64,000 bases of DNA from positions 1 to 64,000 of IMG/VR virus record IMGVR_UViG_3300027797_000013; one strand, 5' to 3'. Every line of letters starts with the position of its first letter. Within the stretch, counting starts at the first letter, position 1. Below, one piece after another: positions 18,305 to 27,564 of this stretch. The notes beneath the pieces are model-generated. The model worked only from the letters and a program-made list of their open reading frames with translations, made no database searches and was not told the DNA's origin. The translations under genes were made by a program, and so were the position numbers. Source of the DNA: a virus.

Positions 18305-19030
18305 TTAATAGTTTGCAACTACAGAGCCGTATATCAAATTATTAATGTTGACGAAAGTATATATATCGGTTTTTACTCCGATTGTTTGGGTTGGTGCTGC
18401 TGATGCTGGCCATCGTAATGTTGTAGGCCATGTAACAGTATAGTTAGCAGCAGTATTAGACACTGCAACTCTAATACGCTGACCGGGCAAAGAACTGATG
18501 AAAGTGAAGGTAGTACTTGCTGTTAAACCTCTAAAAAAACTATCAGCCAGTGACCAGTTGATTATATTTGTACCAGGTATAGCTAAACTACTATTAACAG
18601 TTCGTGCAGCAGATAAGGTACCAGTGAAAGCACCGCTGCCAACAACATGTAGAGTGTGCGTTGGTGTAGCTATTCCTATACCAACCTGTGTGTTATTAAC
18701 CACGAGAGCATTACTACCGAAAGTACCTATATTAACTATATCAATTAAATTAGAATCTACCTGTATTATCGGTAATCCCGCTGCATCATTAACAGAAAAT
18801 ATAGTACCAGTTAAGGTATCAGACACACTTAACAATCTACCTGCTGAACCATCAATTGAAAACCTATCAAGCGCGCTAGTCGCAACAGTGTAGCTAGTTA
18901 TATTTAACCCACCAGCATTATCATATGCTAAGCGAGGAGCAGCAGAAAGAGGTGAAACTACACTCGAATTCGGCGATTGCGAATCGAAAATAATAGCGCC
19001 TGACGCTGGGATCATTAATATATTAGACAT
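18305..19030 (-). CDS. short tail-fibre protein with C-terminal beta-sandwich tip/adaptor domain
   Basis: GSAGRLLSVSDTLTGTIFSVND, VGIGIATP...LHVVG; ends INWSLA...TTFTF...VTWPTTLRWP...KTDIYTF. Confidence 0.7.
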   Translation of the reverse strand: MSNILMIPASGAIIFDSQSPNSSVVSPLSAAPRLAYDNAGGLNITSYTVATSALDRFSIDGSAGRLLSVSDTLTGTIFSVNDAAGLPIIQVDSNLIDIVNIGTFGSNALVVNNTQVGIGIATPTHTLHVVGSGAFTGTLSAARTVNSSLAIPGTNIINWSLADSFFRGLTASTTFTFISSLPGQRIRVAVSNTAANYTVTWPTTLRWPASAAPTQTIGVKTDIYTFVNINNLIYGSVVANY

Positions 19031-19051
19031 TATAATTATTATTTATTAACG

Positions 19052-19750
19052 TTACTGTATACCAAATCTGGATTTAGAGGCTTTGAAGTTTTGTTGGATT
19101 TCTTGTTCTGAGAGAGCTCTGTTATATATAGATACGTTATATATGTTTCCATTAGCAAATCCCAGATAGTTGCTAGGCATTGCCCCTAGTCGTAATGGAT
19201 TTGTAGATATATCAAATGTAGAAGTAAAAGAAATTGTTCCCAAAAGATTCCCATTAACATACAATTTCATCTCGTCCAAAACAGTATTGCAAACCCCAAC
19301 CATATGAACGAACATATTCCTATAATCTAAATTCGAAGATATACTTTTTTGATTTCTATCTACCCCTGTTATACTAAAAATAATTGCAGTATTTGTTAAA
19401 CCAAGGCTATATTGTTCGTAAAGACTTGTATAATTATTTTGTTTGAAACATATAGGAGCATAATTACTAGTATATGAAGATATCTTAAAAAATGATGACA
19501 CAGTGATTGCAGAAGATGGGTTAATGGTAGAGTTATTAGTAACTAGTGCAATATCATCAACGCCATCAAAAACAATAGACCCTCCATTAGCGCTACTAAA
19601 GGTCGGGCCATTAGTTAATGTACCATGATTACCATTCCCACTCCTATCAAACCAAGTAGTCCCACTGCCGGGATAACTCTTTCTATCCGACGCATCTAGG
19701 TGAAGAACTAGCCCGTCAGTAATTATATCAGGTCCCGTGCTAGAACTCAT
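19052..19750 (-). CDS. LamG/concanavalin A-like virion protein
   Basis: TDGLVLHLDA...SYPGSGTTWFDRSGNGN...FDGVDD...IYNRALS...QNF. Confidence 0.9.
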   Translation of the reverse strand: MSSSTGPDIITDGLVLHLDASDRKSYPGSGTTWFDRSGNGNHGTLTNGPTFSSANGGSIVFDGVDDIALVTNNSTINPSSAITVSSFFKISSYTSNYAPICFKQNNYTSLYEQYSLGLTNTAIIFSITGVDRNQKSISSNLDYRNMFVHMVGVCNTVLDEMKLYVNGNLLGTISFTSTFDISTNPLRLGAMPSNYLGFANGNIYNVSIYNRALSEQEIQQNFKASKSRFGIQ

Positions 19751-20433
19751 AAGTTATACCTCCCTCTAGCAGCGTTAAAGTTTTGTTGTATCTCATTAGT
19801 AGTTAAAGCTCTATTATAAACTCTAAAGGTAGAGCAACTCATAGGCATAGGATAACCAGTGTCGAATCTCCATCCTGATATTCTACCATTACCACTATTA
19901 AACGTTCTATTACCTGTATTCTCTGCACCAGCTTGTTGAGTTAGTGTTTGTCTGACAGTGTTAACATAAAACTTATTATTGGTATAACTTACATCGCTTC
20001 TCATTTCGAAAACATAGTGTTTCCAATTATTAACTAACCCTAAGCTAGTAACTGTGGCGGACGATATACCATAAAGATCTCCAGCACCTGTATTAAACCC
20101 TATATGACTGGTTACACCGGTAACATCATAAATGTTCCATCCGAAAAACATTTTATTATTATAACCTGCTCCAATCTTTGCCCACATCTCAACTGTTGTA
20201 GTAGTGCCTAGGTTAGGAGCGAAGAAATCTGCATAATCATCAACTCCATCAAAAACTAAAGTTCCAGAGTTATTAGTATTGTATGACAAGCTATTAACTA
20301 ATGTTGCATTATTTCTATTACCACTTCTATCTATCCATGCGGTTCCAGTTCCAGGATAGCTCTTTCTATCAACGGCATCTAGACACAGTACCAGTCCACT
20401 GGTTACAATACTACTTTGATAATTTACAGCCAT
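19747..20433 (-). CDS. LamG/concanavalin A-like virion protein (paralogue)
   Basis: GLVLCLDA...SYPGTGTAWIDRSGN...FDGVDD...VYNRALT...QNFNA. Confidence 0.9.
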   Translation of the reverse strand: MAVNYQSSIVTSGLVLCLDAVDRKSYPGTGTAWIDRSGNRNNATLVNSLSYNTNNSGTLVFDGVDDYADFFAPNLGTTTTVEMWAKIGAGYNNKMFFGWNIYDVTGVTSHIGFNTGAGDLYGISSATVTSLGLVNNWKHYVFEMRSDVSYTNNKFYVNTVRQTLTQQAGAENTGNRTFNSGNGRISGWRFDTGYPMPMSCSTFRVYNRALTTNEIQQNFNAARGRYNL

Positions 20434-20434
20434 G

Positions 20435-23400
20435 TTAAATTTTGGTTATTAGTTTGTCTACATCTTTACGTTCGCCGTAAATTGTGTAGTTATATTTACC
20501 AGTTGAACCGCCAACTACAACTCTTTGATTGTCTTGTGATACAACATATAATTGTTGATAAGATCCTATTGGTGTGAGTTGAACTGTTACGCTATCTTTA
20601 TGAACGAGTCCTGACCACTCTTCTGGTAGCTCAATGATACTTTCAGATGTCTTACCTCTAACAAGTACACTATGCTGATTACTTTCAACAACCCCATATT
20701 GTAGTTTTTTACCTTCTTGAGTTGGGTGATCAATTAAGAATGATTTAGTAGCAGCTGAGAAATGACCTGCTACATTAACAGATCCGGCTGCAGCGATAGT
20801 CATGCGAGTCGTACCACTCGTCTGGAACAACAAGTCTCGTGCAACACCGCCGCCACCACCAGCGTAATGACCTATAACACCACCAAGTGAACTCGCAGCT
20901 AGGGTCAAGCGTTCAAAATTCGTAACACTTGTATAGGTTCCGTATACATTGAGCGTCTGTGCCGCTGTACTGTTACGTATACCTAAGGCATTAATAGCAT
21001 CTCTCTCGAGATACACACTAGCTGCGGTATCACCAAGTATTGCACGTTCACCGTATAGAGATCCAGATGCACTTAAGCTACCACCTATAGTAACCTTTTG
21101 AGCTGTAGACGTTGTACCTATACCAAAGTTACCGGTAGTGCCACTGATAATATACTTCGGGGTTGCAACGTCGTTATTATTATAGAATTGGAACTCGTTA
21201 GTTGATAGAACATCAAAGCGAGTAGCAACATATGCGTCAGTACGGTAGAAATCTAATCGAGATGCTGTACTTGAAGCAGTTCGTATTTTAAGAGTTGTAG
21301 GTGCACCAGTGACATTCTTATATACTACTAGATCTGCATCAGGAGTTGTTGTACCAATACCTACTTGACCGGTACTTGATATCGATACTCGAGCGGTACC
21401 ACTGGTTTCTAGGTTAAAGTTATTAGCATCATTAGTACCTATGGTAATAGTACCGCCGAGAGTGTTACCTCCGTTTACAATATAGCTTGCGCTGTTTGCA
21501 TTAACTGTAGTATATACGCTAGACCAATTAGCACTGTTAGTATTAGTCGTAGTATAGGCGCTAGCCCATTTCGCGCTATTGGTATTAGTTGTTGTATAGT
21601 TACTATTCCAAAGATTAGAATTACCGCCGGTTACAAATACAGCAGATGCCATTGTTGTTGCACCAGCCTTATCAACGTTAAAGTAACTTGTGCCGCCTAT
21701 CTGTAAATCTAATAATTTACTATTAGTGCCAGATGCAGAACTATTAACATTTAATTTAATCGCTGTAACATCAACCCCAGGAGCATTCCAAGTATGAGCG
21801 ATATTTAAAGCAGCACCAGAAAGACTAATTGCTGATGTAGTATCTACTATCTCAAGCTTAGATGTTGGTGTAGTAGTTCCAATACCAACGTTACCTCCGC
21901 TGGTAACGGTCATCTTGGTTGTACCAGCAGTCTCTAAGTTTAGATTAAAGTTGTCATTAGTGCCAACAATTAAAGCAACACCTTTAGTATTACCACCATC
22001 GAGAATATAATTAGCACTATTAGTATTTACTGTTGTGTAGGTACTATCCCACTTTGCGCTATTAGTATTAACTGTCGTGTAGTCACTATTCCATTTCGCG
22101 CTGTTAGTATTAGTCGTAGTATAGGCGCTAGCCCATCCAGCGCTGTTAGTGTTAGTAGTAGTATATACACTAGACCAATTAGCGCTGTTACTGTTAGTTA
22201 AAGTGTATACACTTGACCAATTTGCACTGTTAGTATTTACAGTTGTAAAAGTTGTAGCTCCATTAGCACTAATAGTATTAACTGATGTATAAGCACTATT
22301 CCAAAGATCAGAATTGCCACCAGAAGCGTATACAACATTGGTTGAACTTATACCTCCAACAACAGTTAGTCGTTGATTTGGAGTAGCTGTACCTAAGCCT
22401 ACAAAACCGTTATTATCGAATACAATATCACCGGTACCGTCTGCATCAATAAAGTGAGCTATTGGAGTTGTACCTGACTGTCTAACAACTAAGGCTGGTC
22501 CAGTACCAGTATTAACTACTGACAATGCACTAGTTACACTTACACCAGTATTTAGATATGTAAAGTCTCCTACAACAGATAAGTTACCACTGACAGTAAG
22601 ATTATTAAAGGTAGGATTACCACTTGTTCCTAACTCACTTATAGTTACACTCTCGTTACCTCCACCAACCCGCGGAATCGTTATATTACCTTGACCAGTT
22701 GAAGATATAGTCCCTTTGAGTATAGTAGCGCTAGCTGCATTATAAGAGCTGTATACTGAACTCCAGCTAGCGCTATTAGCATTAGATGTTGTATATACGC
22801 TACTCCAGTTTGCGCTGTTAGCATTTGTAGTAGTATAAGCATTGCTCCAATTCGCACTATTAGCATTGGTAGTAGTATAAGCATTACTCCAAGCAGCGCT
22901 ATTTGTGTTTACAGTTGTAAAGGTAGTAGCGCCATTGGCACTTATAGTATTGACTGATGAATAAGCACTATTCCATAAGTTTGAATTACCACCAGAAGCG
23001 TATACAACATTGGATGAGCTTATATTTCCTGCAACTGTTAGCTTTTCATTCGGAGTCGCTGTTCCAATACCTACATTACCATTATTATTTATTAAAAATT
23101 TAGTACCTGTAGCATTGAATATTTTTACTATATCTCCGCCAGCACCATCTGACCAGTTAGTTTGTAAAGATAGTGCAGTATATGATACTGCAGGCGAATT
23201 AACAATACTCAATCCACCTTTATTTACACTGCCATTACCTGTGCTTACTGCTAATGCAGTACCAGCAGTAGTTGAATCACCTATAAATGCATTTCCTATA
23301 ACATCAAGTTTATTGTTTGGTGCCGCTGTACCAATGCCGACATTACCTCTATCAAGAACTAAGTTGTTTGAATAAAGAGTATTGTTATTCGTTAAGTCGA

Positions 23401-25183
23401 AAGAATACGTAACCGCTCCAGGGTTAAGCATATTTAGCTTAAGATTATAGCTTGAGTGTCCGGATGCTACCCAGCTTTGCATTGTTCCGGTGTATGCTGA
23501 CAGACTAACAATATGTAGTTTAGCGTCCGGAGTTATAGTCCCTATACCAACATTACCTGCACTGGTAACAGTCATCTTCGTTGTACCAGCAGTCTCGAGA
23601 TTTAAATTAAAATTGTCATTAGTGCCAACGAGCAAGTTAGCACCTTTAGTATTACCACCATCAAGAATATAATTAGCGCTGTTTGTGTTTACTGTTGTAT
23701 AAGTACTATTCCAGTTTGCGCTATTAGCATTGGTAGTAGTATAAGTGCTATTCCAATTAGCACTATTAGCATTAGTTGTAGTATATACACTTGACCAATT
23801 TGCACTGTTTGCATTTGTCGTAGAGTAAACACTACTCCAATTAGCGCTATTTGTATTTACAGTTGTATATGTAGTGGCACCATTAGCACTTATAGTATTG
23901 ACTGAAGTATATGCACTATTCCATAAGCTTGAATTACCTCCTAAAGCGTATACTATATTGGATGAGCTTATATTTCCTGCAACTGTTAGCTTTTCATTCG
24001 GAGTCGCTGTTCCAATACCTATATTACCTGCACTGGTAACGGTCATTCTTGTCGATCCACCAGTTACAATCTCCAGGTCTCTATTTTGACCAGTGCCGGC
24101 CGCGCTAAGACCAATCTGTGTAGCACTTGTAGTGCCAGCGTTAGTACGAATAGAAAATCTCTCGTAGTTAGAAGCGTCCGTATAGGAATTGTAGAGTCTG
24201 AAAGCTTGAGGGCTAACTCCATTGCGTTGAGCTAAGATGTTGGCAGTTTCTTGTCCAAGAGCTAGAGTTGCAGTTGGGTTGTCTGAGTCTACGCTAGAAG
24301 CCCAAATCAACCGGAAGTCATCTTTAATTGATATATCGTTTTCGTTTACTCCAAAAGCCACATCGCCTCCATTATAGAAAACAATACCCCTCTGAGCTCC
24401 CGCTCCTCCGGCTCCCTCTCTAATAATTGGCCCATTCGGAAGTTTAAAGGAAGTACCAGCAGTTACAGCCCCCACCTTATCAACTTTAAATTTACTAACT
24501 CCGCTTACCTGTAAATCCATCAAATTACTCGCTGCATTAGAAGCAGTATCAGTAACATTCAACTTAATTGCCGTAGGAGTTCCACTAGTATTCCAAGTCT
24601 GAGCTAGGTTTAAAATCGAGCCGGATAATGCACCGCTACCTGCTAGAGTAGTATCATCTATGTCAAGTCTCGCAGTTGCACCCCCACTCATACCTAAGGC
24701 TAGATTCCCTGAATTTATATAACTATTGCCATTTCCTGTTATAAATACAGAATTTGAATTAGATCCATTGAATAAATATAAAGCTCCAGATCCAGTGCCT
24801 TCATCTACTAACCAAGCTGTCCTATCATCGGCAGCTCTATTTAATTTTAAACCATCTGTAGTTCCTGTTGTAACTATTTCTAATTTAGTGGAAGGGGTCG
24901 TAGTGCCAATGCCAACATTACCTGCACTGGTAACCGTCATCCTCGTCGATCCACCAGTCTCTAAATTTAAAGAGTAATTGTCGTTTGTACCTATAGTAAG
25001 AGCAGATCCGAGCGAATTACCATCAACAAGTGCAGCTAGACCACTTAGACTCGGTTGTAAGCCTAAGTACTGCCTTGAACTCACAGTTGGAAATATAGCA
25101 TTACCTACATTATCTATTAATGATACCGATGGTACACCTACAGATATACCATTCTTTGCGTTGAATTTTGTGTTTAATGCCAT
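20435..25183 (-). CDS. long tail fibre protein (1582 aa)
   Basis: Repeated GNVGIGTxxP modules, 14-aa TTxNxNSANWxSxY stalk repeats, and a C-terminal ATKSFLIDHP...VTVQLTP chaperone-like domain. Confidence 0.88.
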   Translation of the reverse strand: MALNTKFNAKNGISVGVPSVSLIDNVGNAIFPTVSSRQYLGLQPSLSGLAALVDGNSLGSALTIGTNDNYSLNLETGGSTRMTVTSAGNVGIGTTTPSTKLEIVTTGTTDGLKLNRAADDRTAWLVDEGTGSGALYLFNGSNSNSVFITGNGNSYINSGNLALGMSGGATARLDIDDTTLAGSGALSGSILNLAQTWNTSGTPTAIKLNVTDTASNAASNLMDLQVSGVSKFKVDKVGAVTAGTSFKLPNGPIIREGAGGAGAQRGIVFYNGGDVAFGVNENDISIKDDFRLIWASSVDSDNPTATLALGQETANILAQRNGVSPQAFRLYNSYTDASNYERFSIRTNAGTTSATQIGLSAAGTGQNRDLEIVTGGSTRMTVTSAGNIGIGTATPNEKLTVAGNISSSNIVYALGGNSSLWNSAYTSVNTISANGATTYTTVNTNSANWSSVYSTTNANSANWSSVYTTTNANSANWNSTYTTTNANSANWNSTYTTVNTNSANYILDGGNTKGANLLVGTNDNFNLNLETAGTTKMTVTSAGNVGIGTITPDAKLHIVSLSAYTGTMQSWVASGHSSYNLKLNMLNPGAVTYSFDLTNNNTLYSNNLVLDRGNVGIGTAAPNNKLDVIGNAFIGDSTTAGTALAVSTGNGSVNKGGLSIVNSPAVSYTALSLQTNWSDGAGGDIVKIFNATGTKFLINNNGNVGIGTATPNEKLTVAGNISSSNVVYASGGNSNLWNSAYSSVNTISANGATTFTTVNTNSAAWSNAYTTTNANSANWSNAYTTTNANSANWSSVYTTSNANSASWSSVYSSYNAASATILKGTISSTGQGNITIPRVGGGNESVTISELGTSGNPTFNNLTVSGNLSVVGDFTYLNTGVSVTSALSVVNTGTGPALVVRQSGTTPIAHFIDADGTGDIVFDNNGFVGLGTATPNQRLTVVGGISSTNVVYASGGNSDLWNSAYTSVNTISANGATTFTTVNTNSANWSSVYTLTNSNSANWSSVYTTTNTNSAGWASAYTTTNTNSAKWNSDYTTVNTNSAKWDSTYTTVNTNSANYILDGGNTKGVALIVGTNDNFNLNLETAGTTKMTVTSGGNVGIGTTTPTSKLEIVDTTSAISLSGAALNIAHTWNAPGVDVTAIKLNVNSSASGTNSKLLDLQIGGTSYFNVDKAGATTMASAVFVTGGNSNLWNSNYTTTNTNSAKWASAYTTTNTNSANWSSVYTTVNANSASYIVNGGNTLGGTITIGTNDANNFNLETSGTARVSISSTGQVGIGTTTPDADLVVYKNVTGAPTTLKIRTASSTASRLDFYRTDAYVATRFDVLSTNEFQFYNNNDVATPKYIISGTTGNFGIGTTSTAQKVTIGGSLSASGSLYGERAILGDTAASVYLERDAINALGIRNSTAAQTLNVYGTYTSVTNFERLTLAASSLGGVIGHYAGGGGGVARDLLFQTSGTTRMTIAAAGSVNVAGHFSAATKSFLIDHPTQEGKKLQYGVVESNQHSVLVRGKTSESIIELPEEWSGLVHKDSVTVQLTPIGSYQQLYVVSQDNQRVVVGGSTGKYNYTIYGERKDVDKLITKI
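23009..24021. repeat. 65-bp exact direct repeat inside the fibre gene (23009-23073 and 23957-24021)
   Basis: attggatgagcttatatttcctgcaactgttagcttttcattcggagtcgctgttccaataccta occurs twice, 948 bp apart. Confidence 0.9.
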
Positions 25184-25252
25184 ATACTCGGTTCCGTTCC
25201 CCTCGTATAAAGTATTTACATAGATATTATGTAAATCTACTTTAAAATGTTA

Positions 25253-27535
25253 TTATGCTGCAACAGTGCGTTGTGCAACACCGTGTATAGAAGCAATACA
25301 CACGCCAGTAGTTGTAATAGCAAGATCAATAGTTGAGAAAGCAACAGTTATATCAACATTAGATAATAGAGAAGTTGCTTGAGCATCGATTATTGCGTAA
25401 ACAGTGCCGAACCCTTCTGTTCCATTATAAACAGTAAGTATTTCAAAAGCTGTTCTTGTAAAGCCCTGTGAAAGACTTACAACATAGCGTGCAGATTCAA
25501 CTTCAGCTTTTGCAAAGGTTGTTACTGTATTTACTCCTGAAGAAAGTGATTGAGCAAATACTCTTGTATTAGTATAACTAGCTGTTACACCACCTTCAGA
25601 GTACTGTTGAACTCTATGCGGACTTGTTATAATTACGTTACCTCCAATAGTAACATCGTCCCCGTTATCAGTTATAGTTGAGTTAGTTATACCAGATGCA
25701 TCTGAGAACTTAGGAATTGTATTAGCAGTTCTAGTAGAAGTACCGCTGATGAGAGCAGCTGCTGTAGTCCAGACCCCAGGGTTAATTGCACGATACTGTA
25801 ATGTACCACTAGACTCAATAACAACGCTGTTCGTAGTACCAGCAGCTAGACCACCAAGCTTCAAGGTATCTTTTGCAGATATACTGCCAGAGACGGTAAG
25901 TTTTTCACTTGGTACAGCACCAACAGGTGTACCAACTCCTATACTTCCCGTGTCAGAGAAGGTAATCGATCCACCCTGCCTATCAACAAATACAGCAATA
26001 GGTTCAGTACCACTCTGTTCCGCATAGAACGCCGGTCCAGTACCTGTATTTATAACAGATAGAGCAGAAGTTACACTAACTACAGTATCAAGTTGAGTAG
26101 TAGTTCCTTGTACAGTTAAGTTACCACCTATAGTAGTATTACCATCAACAATTAAGCTGTCATTAGTACGAAGAGTATTACCAGCAGCATCTCTAAATAT
26201 GTTAGTATCACCACCAAAGGTTAATATAGAGCCAGCTACTAGATTAACTGCGTTAGCATTAATAGTTATTGTATCTGCAGTATTATCACCTAAAGTCGTA
26301 GTACCTAGAACAGTTAACGCGCCTGCGACTATCAAATTGTCATCTGTCTTAAGAGTATCAGTAGTACTTCTATATAAATTAGCATCCCCAATCGTTATAG
26401 TTCCGCTCGCAGGCATTGTGAGTGCACTACCTAGAGTTACATTACCTACAGCGTTTAACGTACCTCTTAATGAAGTATTGCCAAGTGCATCAAAGGTTCC
26501 ATTAGCAGTGAGAGGTCCTCCAACGGTGACAGCCCCGCCGGATTGAGTTATAATAGAGTTAACTAATTGACCGTTACTATCATCCCAATAAGTTATAGTA
26601 TTATTGCTTAAAGCTGCAGCATTCTTCAGTATTAGTTTCTCACTACTTATAGCTAAGCCTTCACCGAAGAGGTCAGTTAAAAAGGCCGTGAAAGTTATAT
26701 ACTTATTAACACCGTCATTAACGAAAATTTTGGTTGCACCGACTAAGTCAGATGTTGAAGTTCCTGGAAATATCGCATTAGCATTAAGATTAGTTAATGC
26801 TGAACCATCACCAGATAAGGTGATCGCTGAAAACCCTCCAGTTACAGTTAATCCAGAAAATGTCGGCGTACCAGTGGTTCCTAAGTTAGTTAAATTTCTA
26901 GTTACTGACCCACCATCTAATTCTACAACGTTAAACGCACCCTGCGTACCGGTTATAGTAACATCATCTATGGTAGTGCCGGATGCGGCACCATACGCAG
27001 AATATACACTAACTCCTTGAGCATATGCAGTGTTCCAGTTAGCGCTGTTAGCATTAGTAGTTGAATAGGTACTATCCCACTTAGAAGAGAGGGCATTAGT
27101 AGTTGCGTAATCAGAGTCATACTTCGAAGAGAGAGAATTGAGTGAGGTATAAGTTGATTCCCATCTACTAGATAGGGTATTAGTTGTAGTACGAAGACTT
27201 ACAAGAGATGCATCGGTAAGAGTACTGTTAGCAAATCCAGATCCACTCCATTGAACTAAGTTGCCATTAGTTAATGAAGAGGCACCTGAAATAGTAATGG
27301 TCGCAGTTGAGCCACCGTTATAAGAAAAAGTGTTTATGCCTGAACCATTAGTTAAGGTAGCTAATGTAATGTTTGCAATGACCGTTGCTAAGTCTCTACC
27401 ACCAGATAGAATCTTACCATAAGTGTCGATTGCTACTTTAGTAGAATCATATGTTGTACTACTACCAGCTTTAAATAAGCCGCTTATACCAACAGTTAGT
27501 GAATCTTTTACTCGGAAATCTCTTGTAAGTGCCAT
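25253..27535 (-). CDS. fibre/virion structural protein (760 aa)
   Basis: MALTRDFRVKDSL N-terminus; GNLTVQGTTT and VSVTSALSVINTGTGPA modules shared with the long fibre. Confidence 0.75.
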   Translation of the reverse strand: MALTRDFRVKDSLTVGISGLFKAGSSTTYDSTKVAIDTYGKILSGGRDLATVIANITLATLTNGSGINTFSYNGGSTATITISGASSLTNGNLVQWSGSGFANSTLTDASLVSLRTTTNTLSSRWESTYTSLNSLSSKYDSDYATTNALSSKWDSTYSTTNANSANWNTAYAQGVSVYSAYGAASGTTIDDVTITGTQGAFNVVELDGGSVTRNLTNLGTTGTPTFSGLTVTGGFSAITLSGDGSALTNLNANAIFPGTSTSDLVGATKIFVNDGVNKYITFTAFLTDLFGEGLAISSEKLILKNAAALSNNTITYWDDSNGQLVNSIITQSGGAVTVGGPLTANGTFDALGNTSLRGTLNAVGNVTLGSALTMPASGTITIGDANLYRSTTDTLKTDDNLIVAGALTVLGTTTLGDNTADTITINANAVNLVAGSILTFGGDTNIFRDAAGNTLRTNDSLIVDGNTTIGGNLTVQGTTTQLDTVVSVTSALSVINTGTGPAFYAEQSGTEPIAVFVDRQGGSITFSDTGSIGVGTPVGAVPSEKLTVSGSISAKDTLKLGGLAAGTTNSVVIESSGTLQYRAINPGVWTTAAALISGTSTRTANTIPKFSDASGITNSTITDNGDDVTIGGNVIITSPHRVQQYSEGGVTASYTNTRVFAQSLSSGVNTVTTFAKAEVESARYVVSLSQGFTRTAFEILTVYNGTEGFGTVYAIIDAQATSLLSNVDITVAFSTIDLAITTTGVCIASIHGVAQRTVAA

Positions 27536-27564
27536 ACTAATACTTATGCCTTACTACATATTTC

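Noticed and set aside
21500-23900. CRISPR-like periodic repeats
   Set aside because: They are degenerate in-frame 42-bp coding repeats of the fibre stalk with no unique spacers.
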